Assembly (NCBI GenBank): GCA_028023455.1 | Contig: JAQFVV010000005.1 | Location: 17,422,001-17,486,000, forward strand | DNA from: Epiperipatus broadwayi | Taxonomy: Eukaryota > Animalia > Onychophora | Reading direction: 5' to 3' | Length of the DNA stretch: 64,000 nt | In this document: one piece after another, positions 25,993 through 39,789 of the stretch | Layout of the letters: the number at the start of each line of letters is the position of its first letter | Position numbering within the stretch: the first letter of the stretch is position 1 | The notes under the pieces: model-generated | The model's input: only the letters and a program-made list of their open reading frames with translations | What the model was told of the DNA's origin: nothing | The model's database searches: none | Translations under genes and position numbers: made by a program

Positions 25993-27365
25993 CCTTTCTT
26001 CTTTAAATTTGTACGTTTGTTATAGGAAGTCAACATCATGTAACCAAAAGGTTTCAAACACCATACAACATGGATACCTTCATTCGAACATATTGACTTT
26101 CTAAATATAATTTTAGCACAAGACCAGAAGAAGCTAAAAAGACTTTTAAAATAGAATAATCAAGTTAGTTCATGCAATAGGATAAATTCCTTGAAAATTA
26201 TTTTAAACTGATAAAAGAAAGAAATTAAAACAAAACTTCTAAGCAAACGTGAATCCAGGAAAAGTGTAGCCAGCATAGAAAATGATTCTATTTTATTGCA
26301 TATAAAGTTACTTTTTTTTTCAACTATGAACTGCAATTAATTTAAAACTTACATATATCGAATCAATATGCAATGTGGTCTGGCTAAAGAGTTGACTGTC
26401 ATCTAGTTTAACGTCTATATCGTCTACTTTAAAATGCCTAATAGACTATTTTTCACCCAGCGTGGAATGTTTGTGTATGGATCAGAGGAGAAAACAACAG
26501 ACAGCTGACACAGAATTGTTTGGAACACACCATTCAGGAGCGGTGACAAACGATCTATGTTTACATGGAGGAAAACTACTCTCAGTATATGAATTGTAAT
26601 TTACAAAGGACTCTGTTGATTCACAAGATTTAATCTAATCAATTCAATGAAATTGTTTTGTCATGTTATGTTTTTTTTTTTATATCTATGTACGTATTAT
26701 TTCTTTTTTCATTCTTATTACGCTTGGGAAAGTAGAACCTCCAATTCAACATTTTGGGAGAGTTCATTAAAGGAGAGCACAAGAAGAAGAGGGAGGAAAA
26801 GTTAAGTTTAGCTGAATTTTTTTTTTTTTAATAAAAATTAGGTTTATTCTCCTTTTTTAGTAACTTGACTTTCACTCACTACCATTATCTAGGACTGAAG
26901 GTAAGATTTTACTTATCATACATTAATTTCACACACTATGACAGAACAAAGTTATGTTATTCGTTATATTTGTTAATTAACATTTGTTATTTTAGATCTT
27001 ATTGAGTGTGAATTATTAACTCTCTGAATAAATCTTTTTTTCTGTCATGTTAGGGAAAACATATGACTTAGAAAAGGAGGGTTATTTAGAGAAATTAAGA
27101 TGCAACAACTGGAATTCGCTAAAATAATCTTATTATTTTTTTTTTATATATTATTACTACCTTGTACATAATAATGTCATTGATATGAACTTCTATCATT
27201 TGGATGATGTGTTTGGTAACTTCAGATTATCAAATTATTAACTTGATAGATGTTCATTATTGACATATAAATTGCACGTATACATATATATTTGTAAATA
27301 CCATTTAAACATTTTGGATTTATTTAAATTTTTTTAATATTATCATTTTCTTTAATACAAATAAA

Positions 27366-27834
27366 TGTTATAAGATCTGTTAAATGTGATACACTCTCTT
27401 TAGTTTATTAAATCAATACAATGCATTCATCAATAAAACTAATACCTTATGTATATGAACACACACATCATTCTTTTATAATTACATTGGAGAGAACTTA
27501 GGTAAATACATTTCATTAATTGTGACTTTTGTAGAAGTAGTGTTATTATCAGCATGCATAGGTACATCCCTATTAATAAAGTCAAAAGTGAATTCTGTCC
27601 GAGTTCAAATACTGAGGCATAACGGAACTGAAAGTGAGGAGTGAGGTATGATGAACTGACCCAAATTGTATGTAAATTTAATAAATGAGTATTGAGCTGA
27701 TCTATTGGAAATGGGTGCAATCATGAGTTAAGGTACTTTATCGCATCGTCTCCAGCATCCTATCTGAAGACCTTAGGTTTGACCGTAGTTAGATGCGACC
27801 CTCTCTTCCAAAAGTCATCGTTCGGACTGTTACA
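27366..27834 (-). mobile_element. Possible solo LTR of another family
   Basis: Minus strand TGTAACA...TATAACA, AATAAA near the 3' end, raised GC; flanks ataaa/atata (4 of 5 match); single copy. Confidence 0.35.
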
Positions 27835-28184
27835 ATATATATAATTTAAAATCTTTTAAACAGAAACAAAGCCTAATGTAATTTAATTATATATACAGAT
27901 TACATTAGAAATTATTTCTACTTTGAAGACTAAAATATTGCAGCAAAAAAAGAATTATTGTATATATATATATGAGTGTGTGATATACATAAATATTGAA
28001 TTAAAATAAATTATAAAATAAAATGTTTTTAAATTTAGAAGATAAAAATTTAAATTATTTACTTATGCTACTTTATCTGCTTCCAGTAAATAAAAAGAAG
28101 TTTAACGAATATTTTGAGATGGAAGAAGTAAGAAAATTTAACAATACAATATTGCTTTATCTAATGAAGTTATTATTATTTTAC

Positions 28185-28346
28185 CTGTAATCTCATATTT
28201 GTAAACACCTGGCTTAACAGATTTGACTTCTACATTATTTACAGATATTGTGTGATAAAAGTTACTGTTGCTAGGCAACCATGAAATCAAGGCGGATGTT
28301 GGTGTGATATCAGACACATGCAATTGACTAGGGGCTGGGGGAATAT
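28185..28346 (-). CDS. RIMBP2: RIM-BP exon (phase 1-1): FN3-2, DIPPAPSQLHVSDITPTSALISWLPSNSNFYHTISVNNVEVKSVKPGVYKYEIT
   Basis: SWLPSNSNF motif of RIM-BP FN3-2; tttttccatag acceptor, GTAAAA donor; 162 nt. Confidence 0.93.
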
Positions 28347-29994
28347 CTATGGAAAAACAAATCATTAAAATTTATTTATTAATTTAAATATACAAATCAC
28401 ATTTAAATATAAAAAGAGTAAAATTAGAGTTGCAAACTAAAAATAAAACAAGAATACGATAATTTTAATACTGCAATCAAAAATTCTCAACTGAAACCAT
28501 AAAAAGTAATAATCTCAGTTTGTCAATTGAATGGAAGTGTTAAGGTTAATCTAACACTAATGGGTACTCAAATGTCACATGATCTTCCAAACAACAAATC
28601 TTCAATTATTTTGTGCACAGAGGTAGAAAGATAGATCTGAGAACCAAAAGTTTTGGATTGAGAAATGTCCCATTATCTCAGAGTGACAAACTATTCTTTT
28701 TTTTTTCTTCAATCAAATGCCTCTAACTTTTTTTTTTAAAAAAAGTCAAATTAAATGTAAAGATATCTGCTAGTGATTTGCATTAATGCTACATTACCTT
28801 TATATATATAAACAGTTCTTCCAATCAAATGGCAAGTTGAACTATTGACAATTTAAAAATTAATATTACAAAATATAGTTCTTAATTTTATATTAGAATA
28901 ATACTAGGAACAATGCACAATTCACTTGATGCATACAATATATAAATAGCATATGTATTTTCAAAAGAAAAACATTAGAAGAATGAAAACAAAATCAATA
29001 TCTAACTTAACCATATGAAGAACTTGCATTTAGAGATATCACAAATTTATAAATAGTTCTAATGAGATCTTTAAATATTATTGGAATTATTTGAAACTCA
29101 CAAGACCTCCATAATACAGGATCATTGTGAGTTATTTAATGAGAATCCCATAGTAAGATTTTATATGTTTCACACTTTTCTGCTTAAAGTTTTGACAATT
29201 TCTGTACAGACTTGATAATAAAATTTTTCATCTTCTTCTTCGACAAAATGCTGATTAGTCATTCACAAAATCAAATTGATCAGTCACAGAATCATTTCTA
29301 AGAAAAATCACTGAAACATCTTTCTTAATAAATAAAAGCAATGGGGGGGGGGGCAAAATATTTCGAATCATTCCCTGGTTTGCCCATCTGTTGCAACTGC
29401 TATTATACACTTCTTGCAGGAACTCTTCTGCAACAATTTACCAAATGACATTGCCATGTGAAATTGTGGTGCCAAGTAGCAGATTTTTTTGTAAAGTGTG
29501 TTATGTGTATTTGTCGATTTTTATAACGACTAAAAAGTTCGATCAATATGAAACTCTTTTCATTTATAGAAAACGGCAGAGTAAACAGTTGTAATGTTTA
29601 AAATAGATTACAAGCAAGCTGATCTCATAAAAACACAAGTTTATAAGTGGTTTAATTGAAATGTTAAATTCACTACATCCTTAAAAAGCATGGCAACTAT
29701 ATTCCAAAGTCAAAACATTGCTGATGTTCTTTTTTATGCAAATGTCATTTTTCTCTCAGATTTAGTTCGTAATGATCAGGCATTTTATCTGTAAGTCTGA
29801 AACATTTATGTGATGCAGTAAAAATAAATGTCCTTGTTTCGTGGCAAAGAAAAAAGTGCAAGCTTCACTCTGACAAAGTTTCATCTCCCAAAGTTTTGAG
29901 TATGAAACACTTTAATTAAATTCAGCATGACCGAGCTTATCAGCCATATTCACTCAATCTTGCCTAGTGCAATTTTTTTTTACTCTCTTGAATG

Positions 29995-30186
29995 AAAAAA
30001 AACAATTTTGCAGGCATTAAAAAACATCAATTTGCAAGTGTTTCCGGATTACTTTGGACAATGAAAAACACATTTAGACAAGTGTATTGAAAAAAAAAAC
30101 AACTTTGCAGGCATTAAAAAACATCAATTTGCAAGTGTTTCCGGATTACTTTGGACAATGAAAAACACATTTAGACAAGTGTATTG
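29995..30186. repeat. Tandem duplication, 2 x ~96 bp, nearly identical
   Basis: Units 29995-30089 and 30090-30186 differ by one substitution and poly-A length. Confidence 0.92.
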
Positions 30187-30889
30187 TATCAAATAATCAA
30201 TAATTTGAAAGAGATTAAATTTATAACAATTAAAAATAAATAAACAATTTTTTATTATAAAATTCCGATTACTTTTGGGTACTCTCTCATATATACTTTC
30301 TTCTTCATGGTCCATGAGTTGAATAATAGACCTATTTTTCTAATATAAAATTTCTCATTCCATTCCAATTAACTCCTAAAATATCAATATGTATCTAATT
30401 CATTTCCATTTTCCGCATCAAATTTATTTTGATTCAAGCAACTAACATTCAAATTGCTTTAATCCAATCCTATCACACTAACCATAGTAATGGGAAAATC
30501 TTTAATCCTTCCAAAAATATATTTTTTGGATAATGAACCACTAATGAGATAAATAAGTCCCATAAAATTGACAACACACAATGCAATATTATTAAAAAGA
30601 AAATAAATAATAAAATGGTTAGTTATTAATGAAATCATGTGATATCTGAGCATCAGAAAATTAAGAATGGGCTTCAATCTAGAAAACTTTAATTCTAGAG
30701 TATGATGCTCTATCACCACATTAAATCATATAGGTATGAACAGGGTATTTTAAATTTAATACTATTTCATTTCTTTTCCCTCATCTATAACATATTAATT
30801 GTAATAACTAATAAATTTCATTTTACTTATATCTTTTTTAACATAATTATATTAAAATGTTTCAACTATTTTTACAATCATTTTCAGAT

Positions 30890-31030
30890 AGTTATGTTTT
30901 GTGTGATTTAATGCAAAGTATTGGCAGACTATTGAGCTCAATGCCTATAGATAGTGGCTCCAGTCTGTCACTTCCAGTGCTTAAATTTCTTATAAACTTC
31001 CGAGCAATAAACAATTTGACTGTGTATATA
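30890..31030 (-). pseudogene. Possible hAT/ZMYM-type transposase C-terminal remnant
   Basis: KLFIARKFIRNLSTGSDRLEPLSIGIE resembles KLIK.YLRSTM.QERL..LAILSIE. Confidence 0.35.
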
Positions 31031-31457
31031 TATATGACAGACTAAAGACAACTGTTTATAACAATCAATACATTTTATAAATTAATATGTTGTTTTTGAT
31101 AGTGGTGGCATATAAAGTTACCAAAGAATTCTTCAAATTTGATTAAGATATGACATGTGATATTACAAAACAAAATAGATACAAACATATTTAATGATGC
31201 TTATAATAACACAAGCAACATTTTTATCAGCCAACCTTGGATTTACTAAAACTGAGCTATTTGAGGTCCAAAAGCATTGTAATATTTGGACTTGTGAAAT
31301 AAAAAACAAATAGTTTCAGAAAATTCTATTTCACACGTTTTATAATAATTTATGTAAACTTCTTAGATTTTTATTAATAGAAATGTGGAAATCAGTTCAT
31401 AACAATGATCATAATGTTTTATACATAATAATATAATAGTGTAAATAAGAGAATTAC

Positions 31458-31536
31458 CTTTTCCTAATACCATTGTACACTCTTGTTCTTTCGATTGCCC
31501 TTTGGCAGTAACTGCCCGAACACTAATTCTATGAGG
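31458..31536 (-). CDS. RIMBP2: RIM-BP exon (phase 0-1): PHRISVRAVTAKGQSKEQECTMVLGK
   Basis: End of FN3-1; ttttatttcag acceptor, GTAATT donor; 79 nt. Confidence 0.92.
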
Positions 31537-31891
31537 CTGAAATAAAAGTTTACATGTATATATTATAAACAAATAAATACATTTTATAAAATAAATAATT
31601 TTACAATTGCATAAAAATTTAATATATTGAACATCATGAAAAAGAGTAAGAGATTAGCAGATTTAATCAGCTTAGCATCTAAATTGACCTACACAAATAG
31701 GAAAAATTTTTTTTATTAATATCTTACAACATTGATTTAGAATTGAAATTATCGTTTAATCTTGAGCGATTATAAGAAGATAATGTTTATTAAAATATTT
31801 TATTCTTATTATTCAAATATTATTTCTTTTTTCTTATATCATTGTATTTTATGAATCAATACATGCTTAATTTATAAAACATATAAAAAAG

Positions 31892-32036
31892 AGACCACAT
31901 GTGAGATGGATGGATGAAATAAGAAAGTGTGCAGGGGTGATGTGGAGAAGAGAAGCTAAAGATCGGAGAAGATGGATTAAACTTGGAGAGACCTTCATCC
32001 TGCAGTGGATTGATAATGGTTGATAATGATGATGAT
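31892..32036 (+). mobile_element. 3' end of RTE-clade LINE
   Basis: RPHVRWMDEIRKCAGVMWRREAKDRRRWIKLGETFILQWIDNG* followed by (GAT)n tail, typical RTE C-terminus. Confidence 0.82.
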
Positions 32037-33628
32037 TAATGTCTGAAATTTTAATGGTGTAGCAGTCTTTTTCAGGAACTTTCTTTTTTATTTAATATTC
32101 AGACATTAAGTGTATAATATAGACATTTCATTTTATAAGGAATATTTGAATTTTGATTAAGAATGATTTCAAAATGCAACCATTGTTACATGCAGAGATG
32201 AATTAAACAGATGGTAATCATAATCATAATGGTTATGATAAAGGTAGTTCATTAGTCGTTGCTTTGGCAAGTGCAGCAAAGCTGCACACAATTTCTAAAT
32301 GCATAAATAAAGATATCCTAATAGTTGATTCTCTTTTGATGATAAAACATTTTTGTTTTCAGTGAAAAAAATTTGATCAAGTCATTTAACATGTTTAATA
32401 AACAATTCACGTAGTGAGTTCCAGTGAAAAGATGGCTGATTCTCTCTCCAAGCTGCCTGTTGAATCAATGCATGTTTATGTAGTGACATAGTTTAGCTAT
32501 TCACACAAAAAATTTAAGATTTTAGTCTACCTAGATCATAAGTCATAATACGAAATGTGACAGTGAGTTTCATAACTTTGTGGAACATCTTCAATGCTTT
32601 TCCTATCATTACAAAATTTGGCAAATTGCTTGAAAAGCTTCTTGTAACTCATAGCTTCATAATTAAACACAGTTTAAATCATATCAAGCATTTCAGTAGT
32701 AGTTTTGCACAATTTAAAACAAAAATTTAATGCTAGCACATTCTTCTATAAAGAGTTTAAGTATGAAACAGACTATCACATTTCATATTGCAATTTGTGA
32801 TCCAGATATGATAGCACCTTAAAATTTTTGTGGTGAATATGTACAATATGTTACTGCAACCTGAAGAGAGCAATAATCACCTTTTTACTGGAATCTACTG
32901 TATATTGCATTAGCCTCTGAACAGCGAGCTCGTTTATTATTACAAAAAGAATCTACGCAATGATAATTTTATTTTCCAACGGACTGACTTTAGTCATTTT
33001 TTAATATTACTTGAATTTTGAAGTACAATTTTCATTGTTCTGATTGGTTCAAATGTTGAAGAGTTGCTTTATTATTTCTTTTTGTCCACAATGCCTTCTT
33101 TAAACTTCTAGTGTTCCAATGCCTGTGAAATTTTTTTTGTTTTTATTTGACTAGATGACAGGATAAGATGTGAATACACAGTAATAATAAATAATATTTA
33201 TCCAATTATTAAATTGGATTTCTAATAACTATAGTGGAGTCATTTGCCCTATTTCCATTGTCGTCTGTACTAAAATTAAAAATATTGTAAATGGTTTACA
33301 ATAAAGATTTGTAAATATTAATTTATTAATCGCATGGTCAGCACGTAAGTACATGTATATTTAAAGCTATAACCTTAATACTATATGCCTTGAGTGTTCA
33401 ATTTGCCACTAGAGGTACCTCTGCAAATCTTCAAACAAGATTACGACTTTACAAAGATAAGAGCGGCCTCTTATTTTCAACCTCTCCTTATATAATATTA
33501 TGTTAAATGTCACATTATTACTATTATTTTTTTTTGTTTCAGATATAGTAGTTTGATTGTAAAAAAAAAAGTTTTATTAATAAAATCAAACAACTATGTT
33601 AAAGAGCATAGACAAATAAAATACTTAC

Positions 33629-33816
33629 CATAGTAGATTCTACACCTTCCACTAGAGCGCGTGTTCGTTCAGTCCCTTTTACGGTAGTTTTCAACTCCCC
33701 ATCTACATAAACATGATATGCATCAATTCCTCCAGGGGGGGTGTCTGGAGCTTGCCAGCTAATCAGAATACTTTTGTGAAGTTGCCTCTCTAGCGTTAAT
33801 TGGCGAGGATGAGGGA
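33629..33816 (-). CDS. RIMBP2: RIM-BP exon (phase 1-0): FN3-1, VPHPRQLTLERQLHKSILISWQAPDTPPGGIDAYHVYVDGELKTTVKGTERTRALVEGVESTM
   Basis: RIM-BP FN3-1 sequence; ctctctctag acceptor, GTAAGT donor. Confidence 0.93.
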
Positions 33817-34083
33817 CTAGAGAGAGGAAAAAATAATAAAAATTAAATTTCACAATTACATTACATGATAAATTCCTTGACATATCAGGATTGAAAAAGT
33901 GATTAAGATACAGAATTTTTGATTATTTTTATACGAACAATTAATATGGAAATGATTTAATAAAATAATCATTTTAAAACCATAAAAAATCTTTAAAAGC
34001 AGTTATCATCACTTTTTTTTTTTTACTTATAATTATTTTAAACAATTATCTGGAAATGCTATTTATTATAAACAATATACATG

Positions 34084-34231
34084 CTACATATAGAGCTCGC
34101 ACAATAAGCTCTTAACAAGCTTTGCAGAATATCCCCAATCCCAGACCGGTTTCTGTTACTGGCATCGTCAATGAGATGCTAGAAATATTCAAGCATTAGA
34201 TTAAATGTGACATCTGACTTGATTTTTTTGT
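34084..34231 (-). mobile_element. Short non-coding HHR-bearing retroelement (family A, copy 2, 148 bp)
   Basis: 13-bp TSD aacaatatacatg (34071-34083, 34232-34244); HHR relic 34127-34190 (UUGACGA...GAAACCGGUC). Confidence 0.78.
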
Positions 34232-35328
34232 AACAATATACATGTATAACTGTATTTTCTGATAAAAAACAATTCTCTTGCTGAAATATTAAAATTATTA
34301 TACAGATAAATAATGGTATTTTGCTTTTATTTATATATTTCTTTTAGTTTATATATTGTTGTTTCCATATATAAATATATAGAGAGAGTTATATGTTGAC
34401 ATTAAATGCTTTGCTTTCAATTGATTTAAATTAGAAACAGGATTCAAAATCTTAACTATATGTTTTCGTCTTTCATCAAATTTTATGTTAACTTCTTATG
34501 ATATTCATTCTAAGCAACTAATGCCCTCTTTTTCATTGAAACTACGAATAGAAGTTCTGAACATATTAAAAAACTGTTTACTTGTGTACTTCTATGATTA
34601 TACTGTATAGAATTTATAGTCATTTTTATAATAATATAGACAATACACTATAGCAATTATAGTTATTTTCATGATTATAAAACACATGTATATTACTTTT
34701 ATTCTGCTTGTTTTTGTGACTACTATAAGTGATCTATTTTTCTTGCTTTGACCTTCTCCACCAAAGATCCATTCTCTCTATTAAAAAAAAAAAGATTTCT
34801 AGTTCTGCTGATGAACTTTATTTTTACCAATATTTTTCTTCCTAGTTGTGAAGGTAGACCAAATATTTTGTTTTTTTTATTTAATACGATTTACAGGATA
34901 GGATTTATAAATAAATAAATAAAATTATATAACAAATTATGTTTTATATAGTCAGTTATTTATATTTTTCAGTGGCCAAAATAAATTTGCAATGATTTGA
35001 TACACTTTTAATAATCAGCAAAGTACTGCTCTTTAACCTATTAAAAAAGTAAGATGTGCTCATATTTAAAAATCATAAAAAATTGTTTCTGAAAATATCG
35101 TTTATTAATTGTTTATAAAAGTAACAATGACTATATAAATAAATGATTTAAAAATGAATTTATTTAAAAGGATGTATAAATAAATGCTTCCAACACTAGC
35201 TACAGACATTTTATACACAAACTATGATTAAATAGATCATATAAACAATGTTTCATCATTCTTTTGAAAAAAAATCCCAAATTAGATTTGCTTCTTTTGT
35301 TATTTAATTGAAAAATTATTATGGCATT

Positions 35329-36079
35329 TGTTGTATTTTGTAAAAATTGCATACAGGTTTGTGCACTCCAGAAAAACTAGAATTTATTCGAGAGATTGTT
35401 TTTAGATTGCGCACTGATAACTGAGGAATTTAATTAAAACATTAACGTAATGGCGATCGACAATTCCAAGAAATATTTGCTGATTGCAAATATTTCTAAA
35501 TAAGAGACCTTACCTTATTGGACAATGTAATTAATTGTTGCAGTTATCAGAAAGCTATAAAAACAGTGTATAACAACTATGTCAGAGAGTATTTGAGTGC
35601 ATCTCCAGTAGACGTCTGTTCAATTCCAGTAGGAGATATCTAGCGTCAGTGCTTGCGGTTAATGTACAGCGCTCAGTGGAAATGTAATCCACGGATATAG
35701 CTGAAAGAACCCACAGAGATGGGGGAGACCGTAGCCTGAGGAAACCATCCGGATAGGAGCTGAATAAAGAATTGAGTTTCCAGAAGTTTTCAAGTGTATT
35801 TAGTGGTAGACTGTTGCCGAGACAGAAGCTGTAAGGAACTTAAGGTCAGTTGCAGTGCTATACTACGAAACATTCGTGTGCAGCTAAACTGGACTGGGGC
35901 CAAGGTATGTGTAAACCTAGCCCATTGTGAACCATTTTTGTAGCAGCCAGCCTGAATGAACATCAGGGGAATTGAACATTAGCGAACTGTAGAGATAGAG
36001 TTGTTGCAGACTATCCGCTATTCAGATTACTTAAAAACATTGTGTCTTAATGTAGATAGTCATACTTATGGACACATCA
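35329..36079 (+). mobile_element. Solo LTR, copy 2 (751 bp)
   Basis: TGTTGTA...CACATCA, 5-bp TSD gcatt. Confidence 0.88.
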
Positions 36080-38181
36080 GCATTAATATACCTTATTTTC
36101 ATTATGAGCTAATAGAATGAATTTAAATTATTTTATTTGTAATAACTTTAAAAAAAATCCTTTAATCCTGTGATATTGGACTTACAGGACACTATTTTAT
36201 ATAAAATAGCTCATAGCAGGGCAAAGACCTTTCCATCAGATCCTCATAGAGGGACTGAAGAAAAAGATTCATTAGATTTGCAACTGCTAAATGGTGAGAG
36301 TTTGGATAAATCTTCCATCCCTGTTTTATCCATTCAGAATAGCTAGATTTTCTTTTGTGATCAGTATTGTATGATAGTTTAAGTAGATGAAGGGTAGGCT
36401 ACGAAAAAAAAAAACTCGTAAGCCTGCTTAAAGCATGAAGTTATGGCACACATATAAGTTGGATATTAATAAGTTCTCTTTTTAACATTTCAAAAAGCAG
36501 TCTTAGAAATTATTGATATAGGCCTTCAAAAAAATTTTTTTAATTTCTTTTACCAATTTTTCTATTTTGTATTTCAATTTTTCATAAATTTATTTACAAT
36601 TTAAATGACTTTCTTTTTTTTATCATTCCATTCCATTTTTTCAAATTTCACTTGTTTATTTTTATATTTTGATGATTGTAAAGTAAAATAATAAATAACT
36701 TTTGATTATTTATTATAAACAAATAGCATTTAATGTTATAAATAAAACTAAATTAAAATAATAAAAAAAAAGCTAAAATTATACAAAAAATATAGAAGCA
36801 AAATAAAGCTAGTGCAATTTAAAAAAACAAAACAAAAAAGAGGACAGTTTAGAGTGAACACTATATTTAAAATGATGCAGACAACTTTAAGTTGTGGAGG
36901 AGGGGGGGCATATTCGATATTCTATTTTAAATCTATATAACTTTCAAAAAGATCTCTTAAGCTTTGTGTTTCTTTAGAAAGTAAACAATTTTTTTGATTG
37001 ATAATTTCTGTATTAATAGGATATAAAATAAATTGTTGCATCTATCTTCCCAACAAAAATGAAGCTACTTAAAAAAATTTTCATGTACTACATTTATTCA
37101 ATTTCTATAATATATCTTTATATTTAACTTTGTTTATTCAGATTATAAAATAAAATTAGGTATTTTGCTTCTCACTTATTCTTTGAATTTTGTTTATTGT
37201 TAATTACAAAATACATCAATACAGGATTCACCTGTTTCTTTATATAAACTAGTAAACAGAGGCAAATTGGGGTGGGATCCATGGCATTATAGCTCCTTGA
37301 TGCAAGCTTTAAAATTACTGTTCTATTTATAGTCACTTGATAAAGAAAAGAAACTAAACAGTAAGATGCACACATATTACATATAAAGTCTAATATTACA
37401 TGAAAAATAAATATCCAATAAATGAAGAGCAAACATACCTCCTTTACATAATGAAATTATATCTAGCATTTACATTTCACAAATGGGTCTGTAAACTTTA
37501 CATTTTTTGTCATTATCTACATTTAACTTAAAAAATTTTGACCTCAATAGAAAATCTAAAAAATGAGATATTTATTTTCATGTGAAATTAGACTGCATTT
37601 TATAATTATTTAAATATATAATAAATAGATTAATGACCTTGAATTAAATGTAAATAAATTTGAAGAGATAGCAGCTCCAATCAACATATATAAAAAATGT
37701 ATTATGTGCAATGATTGGAGCTGACATCTGTTCAAATTTATTACATCTAATTAAGGATACACTTACTTATTTATTACACATTTTGAATGTTGGACATCTT
37801 AAATTGTTTAACAATATTAATCTTTGATTTGATTCTGTCTTAGCTGTTTTAAAATAGGTTGATTTAAGCAATAAAAGTACTCAATATTTCTACTCTGAGT
37901 CATCATTATAGCATCAATATACATTAGTCACCTATTATATTTGTGGGAATTATTGGCAGTACTCCAAAGCAATTGACAAAGGAAATTATGATGTGTACTG
38001 TAGAGCAATTTGTCAATTTTTACATGTAGTATGATAACCACAATAAAGAATATATAACATTTCTTTAAATATATTTAAATATTAAAGAAGGTTTTCTTAA
38101 AATGGAGATAAGATTTCACTGGTCTTATTATATTTACTGTGAGTGTTCTTTATAAAATTAGTGAATTGTAATATTCAAAAG

Positions 38182-39789
38182 ATTAGCCTGTTCAGGCCGC
38201 TTGACGGGCGTTGTTTCTCTGCAAATGCACAGAAATATGCCATTTACGCAGCTGTTCACCAAACTTATGGCCTACTTTGTGTTGTGCACTTTATCAAATG
38301 CTCACAATTCACAGTGAGATACTATATCATCTGAGGGTTGCTGGACTTCAACTTCCCACAACTATTGAAATATGCATTCCAAACTAATTAGCTTATAATT
38401 TATCTAATGAAGTATTACCTACTAATGTAACCCCATCACCACACTTCCGTATACAGCGTGGAAGCTGGGAATAATTTGAAAAAGGTATGGCAGAGCACAA
38501 TTTCACCGACTTCAGGCGAAAAGTCACATTTTTCAGGAGAACACCAGCAAGACAAATAAAATGGCTGATGCCAAAAGTGAGCATTTCAAATTGTGGCAAA
38601 CTGCTGGCTACAGAAGTGGCTGTGGTGACCTTTTTCCAGAACAGAGTAGTGCCAATTGTGAAGAAGTGTGTGTGCGGTGAACCGATGACTCTGCCCATTC
38701 CAAAAGCTACCACTTGAAATGCCAGATGGGTTCCTGTCAGCAAACGTCTTCTATTCGAAAGGAGACCTGGTTGGATGGCTCCAGAATCTCTTTCTTGAAA
38801 GCCTTATGGCTTGTCTACTACTGGAGCTGGGACAAACTGACCGTAGAATGGGCCCATGTCGATTTTGAGATGTTGCCCTGGTGAACTGCACCACTGGTCC
38901 TGCGGGAGCTGTGTTGCAAGTCTCATGTCTTGGCGCTGCCATCGAATCGGCAGGCCAAGTTTGATTGTGGAGGTAGATAAGACGTTATTCAGCCAGCAGA
39001 AGAACCACCAGGGTAGGATGCTTCTGCAGCAATGGATCTTCGATGGGCTGTGCCAGGAGACCAGCAAATGCTTCAATGCCACCATTCCCTCTCATTCTGC
39101 AGCTACCCTTCTCCAAGCCATAGGTGAGAATGTCAAGCCTGGATCAAGCATCTACTCAAACTGCTGGAAGAGCTACAAAATATCCAAGCTGGAGGCTGCA
39201 GGTTTCAAACACATGACAGTCAACCACCACTATAACTTCGTAGACCCTACCACAGGCGCCCACACACAGAACATCAAGCGACTTTGGGATTTGCTGAAAT
39301 GGTGCAATAAGAAGCAGTGCAGCACACCCAGGCAAAACCTGGACAACTACCTAGCTGAGTTCATGTGGCGACATCTGCATAAGGGGGAAAACCTGATCTG
39401 TGCCATATTAGTGGTGATGAGTCTGCACCGAAGTGAAATGTAGAGCCAGCAACAGTGTGTTTCCAACAGATGATTTTTTTTTTCTAACTTGTTATTGAAT
39501 AAATGCGTGTTGTGATTTAACGCAAATTGTAGTCATTGATAATTTAGGAAGTCAAACAACTTGTTTTCATTAATTATATAAAATAAAATAAATCACTAAA
39601 TAAAATACATGAATCCTGTACAGTTGTGATTTTATTTTCATCTTTAATGTTATTAAATTTATTTATTTATTCAATTTATTCTTATAGTAAATTGCGGAAG
39701 ATAATTAAAAAATTGGCTGGCCCAGTAATGTTATATTTGTGTCCGTTTTGTTTACAAACAATGCCATCAAGCAGCCTGAACAAGTTAAT
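38182..39789 (+). mobile_element. Merlin (IS1595/ISXO2-like) DNA transposon, decayed autonomous copy
   Basis: Imperfect TIRs ~38182-38236 and ~39735-39789 flank a disrupted transposase; TSD not recognisable. Confidence 0.8.
38487..39443 (+). pseudogene. ISXO2-like (DDE_Tnp_IS1595) transposase pseudogene
   Basis: VEVDKTLF, WIFDGL, PGSSIYSNCWKSY, HMTVNHHYNFVDPTTGAHTQNIKRLW, YLAEFMWR match the family motifs, with the catalytic E/D/E apparently mutated; N-terminal CxC zinc-ribbon part frameshifted and stopped. Confidence 0.88.

Noticed and set aside
38393-39085. Minus-strand ORFs of 116, 63 and 93 aa
   Set aside because: Shadow frames of the plus-strand Merlin transposase.
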